Of a stretch of 64,000 bases of DNA, positions 22,885 through 32,603 are shown one piece after another (the first letter of the stretch is position 1; every line of letters begins with the position of its first letter). Below the pieces are notes generated by a model that did not search any database, was not told where the DNA came from, and worked only from the letters and a program-made list of their open reading frames with translations. Source of the DNA: a virus. Location of the stretch: positions 4,946 to 68,945 of the IMG/VR virus record IMGVR_UViG_3300020579_000012; one strand, given 5' to 3'. The position numbers and the translations under genes are program-made.

Positions 22885-25296
22885 TCAAAATTCAATATCA
22901 GCCTGTCGTTGGCTCGGTTGAATCGTTGGCTTACCGAACTGAGCTACCTCGTCAAGGGCGCCGGTCGGCGGGTGTCCATTTGACCACGTAAGACCTCCCC
23001 AGCCGCGTGCCTCACCGCGCCGGACCTCTCTAACATTCGCTCCTCGAAGCGTCTTGTTAAACTCGCGCGTTGACATCGGTTTTCTACCACCATCCTCAGA
23101 CCAGATTTTGTACCGATCGTAGACAAGCGGTCCAGCCAGCCAGCCGTTGGAATCATCACGGCAGCACTCCCGGAGGAAGTCATAAGCTGAGTTGCAGTCG
23201 CGTCTGTACTCCTCAAGCGCATTCTTTGAAGACCCAGGTATTGTGAATCGACCGCGAGTCACAAGGCGACTAAGACCATCGACAGCCCGGGACAGGAACG
23301 CCGATAGAAGTCCTGATTCTGAAACCAGCTTCTCTGAGTATTTTTTGATCTCGTTTGCGGTGTCACGGATCCGCTGATTGAATTCAACAAAGAGGAACCG
23401 GTCGAAATAAGCCGACGACCGATCCGTCGCCCTCGGCATCTGATTCGTTGCGAAGACCATCCGGCAGAACGGCCGGAACCAGAAAGGCGCCTTCCCTTTC
23501 TCCTCAGCTTTGATCTGGTTACCGTCGGTGATCTGTTTGAATATTCCAGTGTTCTCAAGCGCCTTCGACTCAAGCTCGTCGTAGCAGTTCGCGAGCTTAC
23601 CGATCAAAACCGAAGCCAGGAATCGTTCCTCGGTAAGGCTTTGAAGCGAGCAGTACGCTATATTTCTTTCGCCGATAAGGTGTTCGACGAGCTCAAGGAA
23701 CGTCGATTTTCCGTTGCCACCTTCTCCTACCATAACAAGACATTTCGTCATCGAAGCGTCTGGGATCATCATATGCCCGACGTATTCCTCTATCATGAGG
23801 ATCGCATCTTCCGGAAGTATTGACTTAAAGAACTTGTCGAGCGTCTCGGACTTCGCGTTTGGATCCCAGGCGACCGGGATTTGGATCGTCGAAATGTATT
23901 TTGGGTCGTGCGGGGAAAGCTGTTTTGTTCTCCAGTCGAGCATTCCGTTTTTGACGTTGATTAGAGTTTTTGCATGGAGATCGACTTCGTCGTACGGTCT
24001 CTTTGAGAGTTCCGTGATGAGCTCGACGACTTCGGTCAGGTGCTTATCCCGGAGAGACTTGCCCATCGCTTTCACGATCTCGCGACGCGCAAAGTCAGAT
24101 CCACCGGGCTTGAAGACGCCGTCCTTGTAGAAGGACAGTCGAATACCTTTCCCGTCATCGCCTATCGGTGTTGCCAGGAAGCGCGTTTCGGACATGATAT
24201 GCGCAGCCAGGAGCGCTGGAACAAGCTTTCCATTCTCGTCGAACCATGGGGGTCCGTCTGAAGGGCCTCTAAGCTCATCGTCCTTCCGGCGTTCCTTTCG
24301 ATCATCCTTCTCTTCGGCACGCTTAATCTCTTCACGTGCCCAAATATCCTCGACTATTTTCTCGATCTCGTCGTCCGGGAGCGGTGGACGATTCTTCTTG
24401 TTCCAGTCTGTTATTGCGTAGAGAGCGAGTTTTCTTGTTTTAAGTTTTGCGCAGTAGTGTCCAGCCATTGCAACGGCCGATAGATGTCGTCCGCCGTAAG
24501 GTCCGCCGGATTCATCGACACCATCTTTAATCTGCTCGATTTTAGGGTCACGGGACGTCGTTGATATTTTTGCGCGGTCCTTCTCTTCCTGCTCGATCTC
24601 GAGGTCATCGACTGATTTCTTTAGGTCCGTGATTGAGAAGTCCTTGAAAACCTCTATCGGGTAACGGTTCCAGGTCGCATCGACGATCTGGCACCATTTC
24701 GGATCTTTAGGATTCTTCAGGTTCATGAAACCCGGCATCCGAAGGATTCTGCGCGGGTCATGAATTGAATCAGAGATCTTAAAGTAGTCCATGATTCCTG
24801 CGCAGACTGGACGCGCTAGTTCTTTCGGATATGGCTTATCGAAGAGCCAGTAGGCGTGCATGCCGCGTCCGGACTCGAGGACGATTGATGGTTGAAGGTC
24901 TCTTGCTTTAAAGTCTGCGACCACTCCATCGAACTGCGCCCGCACGGCCTGCTCGTTTCCATGGAAATCAACATCGACCCAGGCGGCAACGTAGTGTGAA
25001 ACATCGGCGTTCGTTCCGTGCTTCTTCGGTTTCCGGAATCGTGGATTGATGCAATGATGAATATTTTCGACTTGAGTCCGGTTCATGTGATCGAGTTGTC
25101 GTTCGATCGTCGGCCAGTCGGAGAGGACTTGGGCGACCGTGTAGAACATTGCCCGCATCCGCTTAGCGTCGGGGTTCTCCTGCGTCGGTCGGTACTGGAG
25201 CAGATTGAACTCGACGAACCAGTCGCTCGGGGCGGACCCCCAGAGCTCCCGTATGAACTGCGTCGGAGTTACCTTCTCCGACGGTTGATCGATCAT
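22885..25296 (-). CDS. bifunctional primase-polymerase / SF3 (D5/P4-type) helicase
   Basis: AAWVDVDFHG and SGRGMHAYWLF (PrimPol-like); VMVGEGGNGKSTFLE (Walker A); NCYDELE (Walker B). Confidence 0.9.
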   Translation of the reverse strand: MIDQPSEKVTPTQFIRELWGSAPSDWFVEFNLLQYRPTQENPDAKRMRAMFYTVAQVLSDWPTIERQLDHMNRTQVENIHHCINPRFRKPKKHGTNADVSHYVAAWVDVDFHGNEQAVRAQFDGVVADFKARDLQPSIVLESGRGMHAYWLFDKPYPKELARPVCAGIMDYFKISDSIHDPRRILRMPGFMNLKNPKDPKWCQIVDATWNRYPIEVFKDFSITDLKKSVDDLEIEQEEKDRAKISTTSRDPKIEQIKDGVDESGGPYGGRHLSAVAMAGHYCAKLKTRKLALYAITDWNKKNRPPLPDDEIEKIVEDIWAREEIKRAEEKDDRKERRKDDELRGPSDGPPWFDENGKLVPALLAAHIMSETRFLATPIGDDGKGIRLSFYKDGVFKPGGSDFARREIVKAMGKSLRDKHLTEVVELITELSKRPYDEVDLHAKTLINVKNGMLDWRTKQLSPHDPKYISTIQIPVAWDPNAKSETLDKFFKSILPEDAILMIEEYVGHMMIPDASMTKCLVMVGEGGNGKSTFLELVEHLIGERNIAYCSLQSLTEERFLASVLIGKLANCYDELESKALENTGIFKQITDGNQIKAEEKGKAPFWFRPFCRMVFATNQMPRATDRSSAYFDRFLFVEFNQRIRDTANEIKKYSEKLVSESGLLSAFLSRAVDGLSRLVTRGRFTIPGSSKNALEEYRRDCNSAYDFLRECCRDDSNGWLAGPLVYDRYKIWSEDGGRKPMSTREFNKTLRGANVREVRRGEARGWGGLTWSNGHPPTGALDEVAQFGKPTIQPSQRQADIEF

Positions 25297-25432
25297 CGGA
25301 CCCCTCTACTCGCGTTCCCCGAACCCGCCATGTCTCTTCCTATCGCTGCCCTGGGAGCTTCGGAGGAACCTCCCAGGACAGCAGAGGAAGAGGACGGAGA
25401 GGTGGTCACGGCTCTCCGCCCCTGGAGGAACG

Positions 25433-26077
25433 CTAGAAGTCTGCCGGGCCCTTACCGGCGGCCTGCGTGGACTTCTTCGAAGATTCAGCGGCGGGTTTTC
25501 CAGGCGCCGCAGTGAGCTTCTTCTGGTCTGGCTTCGCATCGCCTTTCGCCGCGCTCGCCTTTTCGTTCTTCGGTGGAGTCCAGGGGTTGATGTAGGCGAT
25601 CCGGCTACGGATTCTACCGGATTTTTCAGGGTACTCCTCGTCGTAGACGACACCTTCGAAGGTCCTACCGGCCCATGGGATTGAGACGACCTCTCCCATA
25701 TGGGTCAGGTCTCGTTCGAGGATTACTGAGAGGTCCCGTAGAATGTAAGGCAGGTTCTTTTTTGTGACCCAGAAGACATGTTCGAGAACTTGCCCCTTTG
25801 TGGTGTACGGCTCTTCGGTTTTTTCGTTCTTGACGGATTCGGGCTCAAGGACCTCGCAGAAGAGCTTAAAACCCTTCGTGCCGGACGGCGTCACGAAGAT
25901 TTCGTGATCTGCGAGGACCTGTTCGGAGCTGTCGCGCTGCGTGATTTCCTGGGCGGTCAAGACGAACTTGTACGTATTTGGAGGGATACGCCCAGGAGTC
26001 GCTGCGGGACCTGCTTTCTCTGTTTTTTTGAAGTCCTCTTCGAACTCTCCGAATGGGTTGCTTGGATCGTGCGTCAT
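25433..26077 (-). CDS. possible ssDNA-binding protein (DUF669-like); product uncertain
   Basis: Lies between the two helicase genes; has a Lys/Ala/Pro-rich C-terminal tail; the resemblance is only a layout impression. Confidence 0.5.
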   Translation of the reverse strand: MTHDPSNPFGEFEEDFKKTEKAGPAATPGRIPPNTYKFVLTAQEITQRDSSEQVLADHEIFVTPSGTKGFKLFCEVLEPESVKNEKTEEPYTTKGQVLEHVFWVTKKNLPYILRDLSVILERDLTHMGEVVSIPWAGRTFEGVVYDEEYPEKSGRIRSRIAYINPWTPPKNEKASAAKGDAKPDQKKLTAAPGKPAAESSKKSTQAAGKGPADF

Positions 26078-26138
26078 ACCTTCTCCTTCTTTCTTTGATC
26101 CGTACTGTCAACTATCCAGTCTCTCCAGAGCCAGGATA

Positions 26139-26876
26139 CTAATCGTATTCGAGAACCTTCCTCCTAACCTCCTCTTCTGTGTCGCCTGTCGGGTTTTTGA
26201 TGAAAACAGTTCCGGTAGGATCCCTGGCGACGTAAGCCCTTCCTGCGAGTACATTTCCGAACAGATCGTGCAGGAATTCGATCTGTGGTTTACGTAGATC
26301 TTTTGAAGACTCAACCCCGTAGGCAGCTCGGATCAAGGACTTGCCGTCGGCGGTCCTAAACGATTCGTGGTTGTGTTGGTTATTAGAACAATTCTGCCTT
26401 CGGCACATTTGATTGTCGTCCGGCCAGCTCATATTATTTGCTTTTGTCATGAGAACTTTTATGTCTTCGAGCGTTGCTTCTGGTTGAGATTTATCGATGG
26501 GCGGACCACAGAAGAAGCGATTTATGTCTTTGATATTCTCTTCCGGTGTCGCTGGTGGCGGTAGCGGGTTGGATGGAGGGTCGCTTGGGGCATCTGTCGG
26601 CGGGGGGTCGTTCTTAATTGTGACTGACTTTTCAGCCTCGGTATGTATGGGCTCAAAGAGCTTACTGAATTCGCCAGCTTCGAACATATCCCGGATACTG
26701 AGTTTGTGCGGATTCTTATTTATTTTCCGATTCGCCTTTCTGCATGGACCGCACCTTTTTGGCATCCGATACCCAAGGGTGTCGGCAAACATTTTCTCTC
26801 GCGCGGTGATCTTGAATTCCTGTTGGCAGGCTGCGCAGACAGCTTTCTGGTCTTCGTAGACCTTACGTCCGCTCAT
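26139..26876 (-). CDS. hypothetical protein with N-terminal zinc ribbon (245 aa)
   Basis: CAACQQEF..CGPCRKA; Pro-rich linker. Confidence 0.6.
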   Translation of the reverse strand: MSGRKVYEDQKAVCAACQQEFKITAREKMFADTLGYRMPKRCGPCRKANRKINKNPHKLSIRDMFEAGEFSKLFEPIHTEAEKSVTIKNDPPPTDAPSDPPSNPLPPPATPEENIKDINRFFCGPPIDKSQPEATLEDIKVLMTKANNMSWPDDNQMCRRQNCSNNQHNHESFRTADGKSLIRAAYGVESSKDLRKPQIEFLHDLFGNVLAGRAYVARDPTGTVFIKNPTGDTEEEVRRKVLEYD

Positions 26877-26881
26877 TTAAT

Positions 26882-27091
26882 CTAACCTTCCTTCTTCTCT
26901 TCCTTGGTGTATCGCTTCGTTGTGACAGAATTGGACACACCATCCGGACCGAGTTTTACTTTACACCGATCGCACGGAGCAGTCGTCACGCGGATCTTCG
27001 CGGCGTGCTCTCCTGGAGGCAGGCGCCGGTCTGATTCGAGACCGAGCGACCTGCCGCAGTATCCGCAGATGACGACCTTAGGGAGACTCAT
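26882..27091 (-). CDS. zinc-ribbon protein (69 aa)
   Basis: CGYCGR..CDRC. Confidence 0.5.
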   Translation of the reverse strand: MSLPKVVICGYCGRSLGLESDRRLPPGEHAAKIRVTTAPCDRCKVKLGPDGVSNSVTTKRYTKEEKKEG

Positions 27092-28881
27092 TGACGTATC
27101 TCCTTTGGGGCGCCATTCCGGATTGCCTCATGGAACCAGTCCGGAAGCATCTTCGAGTTCTTCCAGAGGAATGACTCAAAACCCGCGTCCAGCAGATAGG
27201 TCGTTGCCCAGTCGTCGCGCGAGCGTACGGAGCGTCCGTAGGACTGCACGATCTTGAGGGCGCAGAGCCATGCGTACCACTGGGAATCCATGTCCATACG
27301 CTGTTTGATGACCCTGTCCTTCATATTGGGCCATGGCATTTTTGCGATCACCTGGAAGCGCGAGAGGTCACCTTTCAGGTCGAGACCTTCATGCATGGCG
27401 GGCGCGACGATGACGGAGTCTGTCCGGCGGGCGTGCTCGGCCAGCATTTCGTCCTTCGACTCGAAGTGCTCCTGGAACAGAAGCCGGTCGCCGTGCGGAG
27501 CAGGGATGTCATTGAAAAGGATCTTTGAGAGCGAGAAGGAGTGGCAGTGGATGATTCCACGCTGCCCGCGGTGCCGTTCCAGGATCTCGATGACTTTTCG
27601 GACGAACTTCGGCTCGGTCGGATCCTTCGGGTTCTGCTCGCGCGTGAAGTATTTGAAACCGAAGTTTCCGCAGTAAGACTTGTGGATCAGCCGGTTCTCC
27701 ACCGGGAAGTCGCATGGCGTCCGGATTAGCTCGACCTCGTCCATCGAGAGTCCGAGGTTCCGGGCCCAGACCTTGACGTCCAGGATCGTTGCCGACATGA
27801 AGCAGAGGCGATCGGCGTGACGGAACAGTAGATCCTGTGCGAAGTCCTTTGCGTAGAGTGGGCGGGCGACGATCTTCCGGCGCTCGTCGTCGGTCCTTTT
27901 GTCGTTGTACTTTACGACCTCCAGGATCCATTCGGTCTTCTCTAAGAAGGTCATGAAGTTCGAGAGCTTACCGTCCAACTCTCTGAGGGCGTCGATCTCA
28001 GCCGCGGACAGGTCCACGTCGTCGGAGTCCATTGAGCTTTCTGCTTCGCCTTCTGCGGCCTTCAGACGCCGCATGATGAGCGCGACGAGGTCGGTTTCTG
28101 CGAGCCATTCCAGAAACTCCGCCTTCGTCCTGATCTCACGGGTGATCTGGACACCGACCAGCGAGAGCGCCCACTCCGAGAGCTCCAGCGTCACGAATCC
28201 CATCAACTGAGATTCGCAGTTGTGCGCCTCGTCGACGATCATGAGGGCACGTTTCGGGAACCGCGAGATCCGCTTCTGGAAGAGGAAACTTGAGAAGTTG
28301 AAGAGCGAGATCGCTGCGTCGTGGCAGCGCTGAAGCTGCGCCCAGTACGGGCAGCGGTGGAAAGTTGCGGGGAGTGCAAGGCCGACCGCGGCTTGCATCG
28401 GCGAGATCTGCGCTGCGGAGGCATATTGATTAGCCTCGTCCGTGATGCACTCGCCGAGGATGCCTTTCGACCGGCGGCGGCAGACGCCGTCGCCAGCGTC
28501 CTGGCCATCTTCGGCAAGTTCGTGCGTGCAGGAGTAGTTCGACCGGCCCTTCAGCGTCTCGATGTCCGGTGCTGGGTAATCGGTGGCATACTGGTCCTGC
28601 AGGATCTTCTGAGAGGTCAGCATGAAGGTCGATTGTCCGTCCGACCGGAGGGCGTTCGCCAGGGTTTTGCAGGCGTCGGTCTTTCCGGCGCCGGTTGGTA
28701 GCTCTCCGACCACCACGCGCTTTCCCGCCGCGAAGGCCGCAGCGGCGCGCTCAAGGAAGTAAGTCTGTTGCGGGCGTGGAGTTTTCCCTGGTGTGAAGTG
28801 CCCGAGAAGCTGTTCCGCTGTGAATGACCAAGGCTTCACGTTTGAACTGGTTTGCGGTGGCGCGGCAGGCTTTGTGACCAC
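27088..28881 (-). CDS. XPD/DinG-like SF2 helicase with Fe-S cluster cysteines
   Basis: GELPTGAGKTDA (Walker A), IVDEAHNCE (DEAH), Cys residues in YSCTHE..GVCRRR..GECITD..HRCPYW. Confidence 0.9.
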   Translation of the reverse strand: MVTKPAAPPQTSSNVKPWSFTAEQLLGHFTPGKTPRPQQTYFLERAAAAFAAGKRVVVGELPTGAGKTDACKTLANALRSDGQSTFMLTSQKILQDQYATDYPAPDIETLKGRSNYSCTHELAEDGQDAGDGVCRRRSKGILGECITDEANQYASAAQISPMQAAVGLALPATFHRCPYWAQLQRCHDAAISLFNFSSFLFQKRISRFPKRALMIVDEAHNCESQLMGFVTLELSEWALSLVGVQITREIRTKAEFLEWLAETDLVALIMRRLKAAEGEAESSMDSDDVDLSAAEIDALRELDGKLSNFMTFLEKTEWILEVVKYNDKRTDDERRKIVARPLYAKDFAQDLLFRHADRLCFMSATILDVKVWARNLGLSMDEVELIRTPCDFPVENRLIHKSYCGNFGFKYFTREQNPKDPTEPKFVRKVIEILERHRGQRGIIHCHSFSLSKILFNDIPAPHGDRLLFQEHFESKDEMLAEHARRTDSVIVAPAMHEGLDLKGDLSRFQVIAKMPWPNMKDRVIKQRMDMDSQWYAWLCALKIVQSYGRSVRSRDDWATTYLLDAGFESFLWKNSKMLPDWFHEAIRNGAPKEIRQ

Positions 28882-29006
28882 TGACTCCTCCTTCTTCTTT
28901 CCGCACCCGCCAGCGGTTCCTCCACCGCTTTCGGGCGTACTACCTAGAGCCTCTGAATCTTCGCGGCGGTCTTGGATCCGTCCGACAACCTCCCGGAACG
29001 GAAGGT

Positions 29007-29087
29007 GTGAACGCCCGAGCCGGGAGCGGACGAACCGTTACCCCGGCCGCGAAGGTTCAGAGACTCTACGACTACTCGGGCGTTCAC
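29007..29087 (-). other. long stem-loop at the 5' end of the predicted early transcript
   Basis: Perfect 13-nt arms GTGAACGCCCGAG (29007-29019) and CTCGGGCGTTCAC (29075-29087) with a 55-nt loop that holds an inner CCGGG..CCCGG hairpin. Confidence 0.5.
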
Positions 29088-29093
29088 GAAAGG

Positions 29094-29121
29094 AGTATAG
29101 CACGAGACGGAGCCCTGTCAA
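29094..29121 (-). promoter_or_regulatory. sigma70-type promoter TTGACA-16-TATACT (leftward)
   Basis: Minus strand: TTGACA (29121-29116), 16-nt spacer, TATACT (29099-29094). Confidence 0.65.
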
Positions 29122-29156
29122 TGTGAAAAAGAACGAATATTCAGATCGGAAAACGC

Positions 29157-29184
29157 TTGCCTTATTGGCCGGTGCTCATAATAA
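29157..29184 (+). promoter_or_regulatory. candidate rightward promoter TTGCCT-16-TAATAA
   Basis: TTGCCT (29157-29162), TAATAA (29179-29184); overlaps the dyad GGTGC-N12-GCACC (29171-29192); an ATG lies at 29197. Confidence 0.4.
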
Positions 29185-29196
29185 TAAGCACCATAG

Positions 29197-29451
29197 ATGG
29201 GTCGCCCACTTAAAGCAACACTGCCGATCAGTTTGAAGTGTCCTCTCAGCGGTGCGCTGATCGGTTCGAAAGCCTTCGACGAGCACTTTGCGAACGCCTA
29301 TTCGGCGAAAAGCGGTCAGTCCGTCTACGTCCTCTGCTATCCACACGGCTTCCAGGGATTTATCAATAACCCTACTATCGTGGAGCTCGTCAATGCCGAA
29401 GCGGAAAAAGCTCGAGTCCGATCAGCCTCAGCCACTCCTCGACCCCACTGA
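29197..29451 (+). CDS. small hypothetical protein (84 aa), possibly near-leaderless
   Basis: ORF track; MGRPLKATLPISLK..; overlaps the start of the next gene, so one of the two starts must be wrong. Confidence 0.35.
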   Translation: MGRPLKATLPISLKCPLSGALIGSKAFDEHFANAYSAKSGQSVYVLCYPHGFQGFINNPTIVELVNAEAEKARVRSASATPRPH

Positions 29452-31450
29452 GGACGCCTCCGTCGAGACGCAGACATTGCCGGAGCCAGACAACGGCCAT
29501 CCCGAACAGATCGAGACGGTCGAGCCCGTTGAGCCGCCAGCGAAGGTTAAGTACTCGGCGGAAGGATCGCCACGTGCTGTTGCCGCCGCGGCCCGGAAGA
29601 TTGCGAACGTCCAAGTAGCTCCGCTACCAATTCCATCCGATGATGTCGAACCGCCGGATGAGACCGATAACCTGCTTGCCGACGGTCACAATATGGTGAT
29701 CGTTCAGCGTCAATTTCCGAAGTCCGTCGACATGGCGGACGGCTCGAAGCGTCGTTGCGCCGTCAAGCTTCCGGACCGCTATCAGTGCCCGACGACGCGC
29801 GAGGAGATCGAGAATGATGTCTTCGATCGGCATGGTGGGAAGAAGTACAAGTGTACGATCCACCCGGCAACGACAAACGGTGAGTCGACGATTCTTGGCT
29901 TCTTTACGATCGAACATCCGGATCCGGAGGTCGAGCCGTACTTCGACGATGCACCTACCGCCGGGCAACAGGACCCTCGGGATACACGGACGATGGTTCA
30001 TACAAGCGGTGGCGATCCGACCATGCACGAGACCGATGGACTCGCTAAGCTTCGTGCCGATGCTGAGCGACGTCTAGACCGCGCTCGTGTCCGAAAGGAG
30101 ATGAAGGAGCTCGAGGCTGAGGCGAAGCGGCTCGAGGCTGAGATCGACGGGGACGGGAAACCGTCCGCTGCTTTACAGCCTACCGTAGAGTCCGACGAAG
30201 TGAAGAAGCTTCGTGCGGAACTCGCCGAGAAGGATCGCCTGCTTGCTAAAAAAGAAGTCAATGATCGTTTCGATAAGATTGAGAACGTCTTAGGAACAAT
30301 CATGACGACGCTCGCGGCTCCAAAGCCCGTCGAGAAGTCCGGAGACAGCGAGTTAATGAAGTTCATCACGAAGAAGATGGAAACAGACTCGACGCAGATC
30401 ACGGCGCTTATGACTGCGCTCACGGCGAAGGCTCCGGCGCCGGTCCACTCCTCCGGAGACGACCTCGACAAGTTTCTGAGTCGGGCCGAGAAGTTGAAGG
30501 CGATTACCAGCAGCACTGATAGCAAAGGAGGTCGACTTTCGGAGATCGAGAATCGTTTGATAGACGTTGCCTGGGAGCGACTGCAGGGCGGCGATGGGGG
30601 CGACGAGACCGAGGACGTCGCAAAACTTGCCGTCAAGGAGTTCGCGCCGATCTTGAAGACCTTCGTCGAGCAGAAGATGAAGCAGGAGAGCGGTGCGAGC
30701 GGCGGAGCGCCGATCCCTCAGGAACGTCTCCAGCAGATCTACGCCGAGGCAGCTCAAGCCGCCGCAAAGAAAGTCACGGACGACCTTGCAGTCCAGGGTA
30801 TTCAGCTTGCCCAGGGTGTCGACGGCCGATTGATTGCTATGACGGCGGTGAAGTCAGGACCGACAAAGTCGGTTGTTCCGCCACGACAGCACGCAGGTAC
30901 AAAGGTCGTCGCCGAGCAGCGGACATCGTCAGGAGTCGTCAAGCAAGTTTCGATCAAACCGACAGACCTGACGAGCAAGACACAGCCGGAACCGCAGCCA
31001 TCGGCGGAGCCGTCTAAGGAAGGAGGAGACGTGAAACAGGGAGAATTCCCGTTGCTCGGCGAGAACGGGGCGACTCTTAAGATTCCATTCCCGATCAGCC
31101 CCGGCGAGATGAAATATGACAGGAAGCGTGCCGTCGACTTCGTCCTAGCTGGAATCCGATCGGAGATCCGGCAGCAGTTCCCGCAGAAGGCCGAGAACAA
31201 TCAGCAGGTAGAGAGTTATGTTGCTTCAGACGCGATGGCCTACCTCGACGATGAGCTTCTCGATAGTCTTGAGGCGATCGACAACGGACCGCAGCTCGAG
31301 GCGCTTCTAATGCAGTCTGGCGGAGAAGCTTCGCAGATCAACGAGATCAAGAAGGCTGGTGAGGACGAGGTCGTTGCGAGCTTCTTGAGGCGTCTCATCA
31401 AGACGATTCAGACCGAGTGGATTAAAGAAAAGGCGAAGAACACGAAATAA
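29393..31450 (+). CDS. large coiled-coil virion/assembly protein (685 aa)
   Basis: Trimmed to ATG 29393 (GGAG 7 nt upstream); has a central E/K/A-rich coiled coil. Confidence 0.6.
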   Translation: MPKRKKLESDQPQPLLDPTEDASVETQTLPEPDNGHPEQIETVEPVEPPAKVKYSAEGSPRAVAAAARKIANVQVAPLPIPSDDVEPPDETDNLLADGHNMVIVQRQFPKSVDMADGSKRRCAVKLPDRYQCPTTREEIENDVFDRHGGKKYKCTIHPATTNGESTILGFFTIEHPDPEVEPYFDDAPTAGQQDPRDTRTMVHTSGGDPTMHETDGLAKLRADAERRLDRARVRKEMKELEAEAKRLEAEIDGDGKPSAALQPTVESDEVKKLRAELAEKDRLLAKKEVNDRFDKIENVLGTIMTTLAAPKPVEKSGDSELMKFITKKMETDSTQITALMTALTAKAPAPVHSSGDDLDKFLSRAEKLKAITSSTDSKGGRLSEIENRLIDVAWERLQGGDGGDETEDVAKLAVKEFAPILKTFVEQKMKQESGASGGAPIPQERLQQIYAEAAQAAAKKVTDDLAVQGIQLAQGVDGRLIAMTAVKSGPTKSVVPPRQHAGTKVVAEQRTSSGVVKQVSIKPTDLTSKTQPEPQPSAEPSKEGGDVKQGEFPLLGENGATLKIPFPISPGEMKYDRKRAVDFVLAGIRSEIRQQFPQKAENNQQVESYVASDAMAYLDDELLDSLEAIDNGPQLEALLMQSGGEASQINEIKKAGEDEVVASFLRRLIKTIQTEWIKEKAKNTK

Positions 31451-31470
31451 CAATAAGGAGAGAGAATTCG

Positions 31471-31785
31471 ATGGCGCATCTCGAGAATATTCCAAGTCAG
31501 ACTGTAATTCTTGACCAGATCGAGGACCTCTTTCGGCAGTCACTTGCCTTCAGTGGTCGGATCATCGGCGAGTTCTCGAAGTCTCATGGTTTTAGTGAAT
31601 CTGAAACCAAGGACCTCATACTCGCAGCCGGTCCGCTTATCGCAACGGACTATTTGAAGCAGGTAACGGGTGTCGCACAGATCATCGAACGGGCAAACCA
31701 GAGTCAGATCGATGATATGGTGGACTCCATGGAGAAGATCCTCGTCGATATCCGCAAGAGGAACAAGCTGACAGACACGGCCTGA
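31471..31785 (+). CDS. hypothetical protein (104 aa)
   Basis: ORF track. Confidence 0.55.
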   Translation: MAHLENIPSQTVILDQIEDLFRQSLAFSGRIIGEFSKSHGFSESETKDLILAAGPLIATDYLKQVTGVAQIIERANQSQIDDMVDSMEKILVDIRKRNKLTDTA

Positions 31786-31790
31786 ACTGA

Positions 31791-31802
31791 CCGTGTACAC
31801 GG
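31791..31802. promoter_or_regulatory. GTGTACAC-core palindrome at a gene junction (perfect 12-mer, + strand operon)
   Basis: TGAACTGACCGTGTACACGGAGAATTTTCGAGATG. Confidence 0.5.
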
Positions 31803-31814
31803 AGAATTTTCGAG

Positions 31815-32138
31815 ATGCCTCCTGATGAACAGGACGTCCAGATCCGCGCTCAGCGTGCGGCATTTATAAAGGCCTTTCAGGATATTTCCGTTGCGACGGC
31901 GAATCTTGCTGCGATCTCGAAGAAGCAGATCGAGCTCATGAACGCTATGATCGACACGGCGACTGGCCTAGCTGCTACGGTTATGGAACCGAAGGATGGT
32001 CTCCGAGATGTGATCGATGAGTTGATCGAAGAGATCAACGGGCTTCGGGGAGACATTCGACTCATCGCGAAGGCAGGCGGCATGAACGGAGTGCTCGCGG
32101 CGCTCTTTTCCGGCGTGCGCGGACGGAAGGGTGGCTGA
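31815..32138 (+). CDS. hypothetical protein (107 aa)
   Basis: ORF track; short hydrophobic C-terminus followed by RGRKGG. Confidence 0.55.
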   Translation: MPPDEQDVQIRAQRAAFIKAFQDISVATANLAAISKKQIELMNAMIDTATGLAATVMEPKDGLRDVIDELIEEINGLRGDIRLIAKAGGMNGVLAALFSGVRGRKGG

Positions 32139-32139
32139 T

Positions 32140-32289
32140 GTGCGATTCTTTCGTTGGATCCGGCAGACGCTATGCGGCCTGCGTGGTCGTCATGATCCGC
32201 ATACCGAAAATGTCGCCGCGCTTTGGGGGCGGACGCGCTGGTGCCGGGTCTGTCGGCGCTGTGGAAAGGTTCTCGAGATTTTATAATTC
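32140..32289 (+). CDS. possible zinc-ribbon peptide (49 aa)
   Basis: Not in track. GTG start overlapping TGATG; ..WCRVCRRCGKVLEIL; a competing ATG frame runs 32138-32311. Confidence 0.25.
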
Positions 32290-32298
32290 ACATTTCGT

Positions 32299-32327
32299 TT
32301 GACAAACGGGTCTTCTTATCGCAAACT
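32299..32327 (+). promoter_or_regulatory. candidate promoter TTGACA-17-CAAACT
   Basis: Perfect -35 box, weak -10 box; upstream of the Com-like gene. Confidence 0.35.
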
Positions 32328-32420
32328 CTGACTTAGATGATTCGGCGGATCACCCGAACTGGGTGGACAAGCCGCGCGGCGTGAAGACGCTACGCGGCTT
32401 GCTTCGTTGAGAGACGAAAG

Positions 32421-32603
32421 ATGCCTGAGAGCAGCACGGTTGGTGGGGACCTTCGGTGTCCGGCCTGCGCGAACTGGATCCTGAGAGGATGGTTCGAGGG
32501 TGGGTTGAACCTGAAGTGCGGCAACAAGAGATGTGCCGCGCAGCTCCGAGTGGAGATGCGATCCGGGAAGCCGACGATCACCGTGCTCTCGACAAAAAAG
32601 TAG
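32421..32603 (+). CDS. Com-like zinc-ribbon protein (60 aa)
   Basis: DLRCPACANWILRGWFEGGLNLKCGNKRCAAQLRV follows the Mu Com-family pattern (RC..C..L..g.l.iKC..C). Confidence 0.5.
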   Translation: MPESSTVGGDLRCPACANWILRGWFEGGLNLKCGNKRCAAQLRVEMRSGKPTITVLSTKK

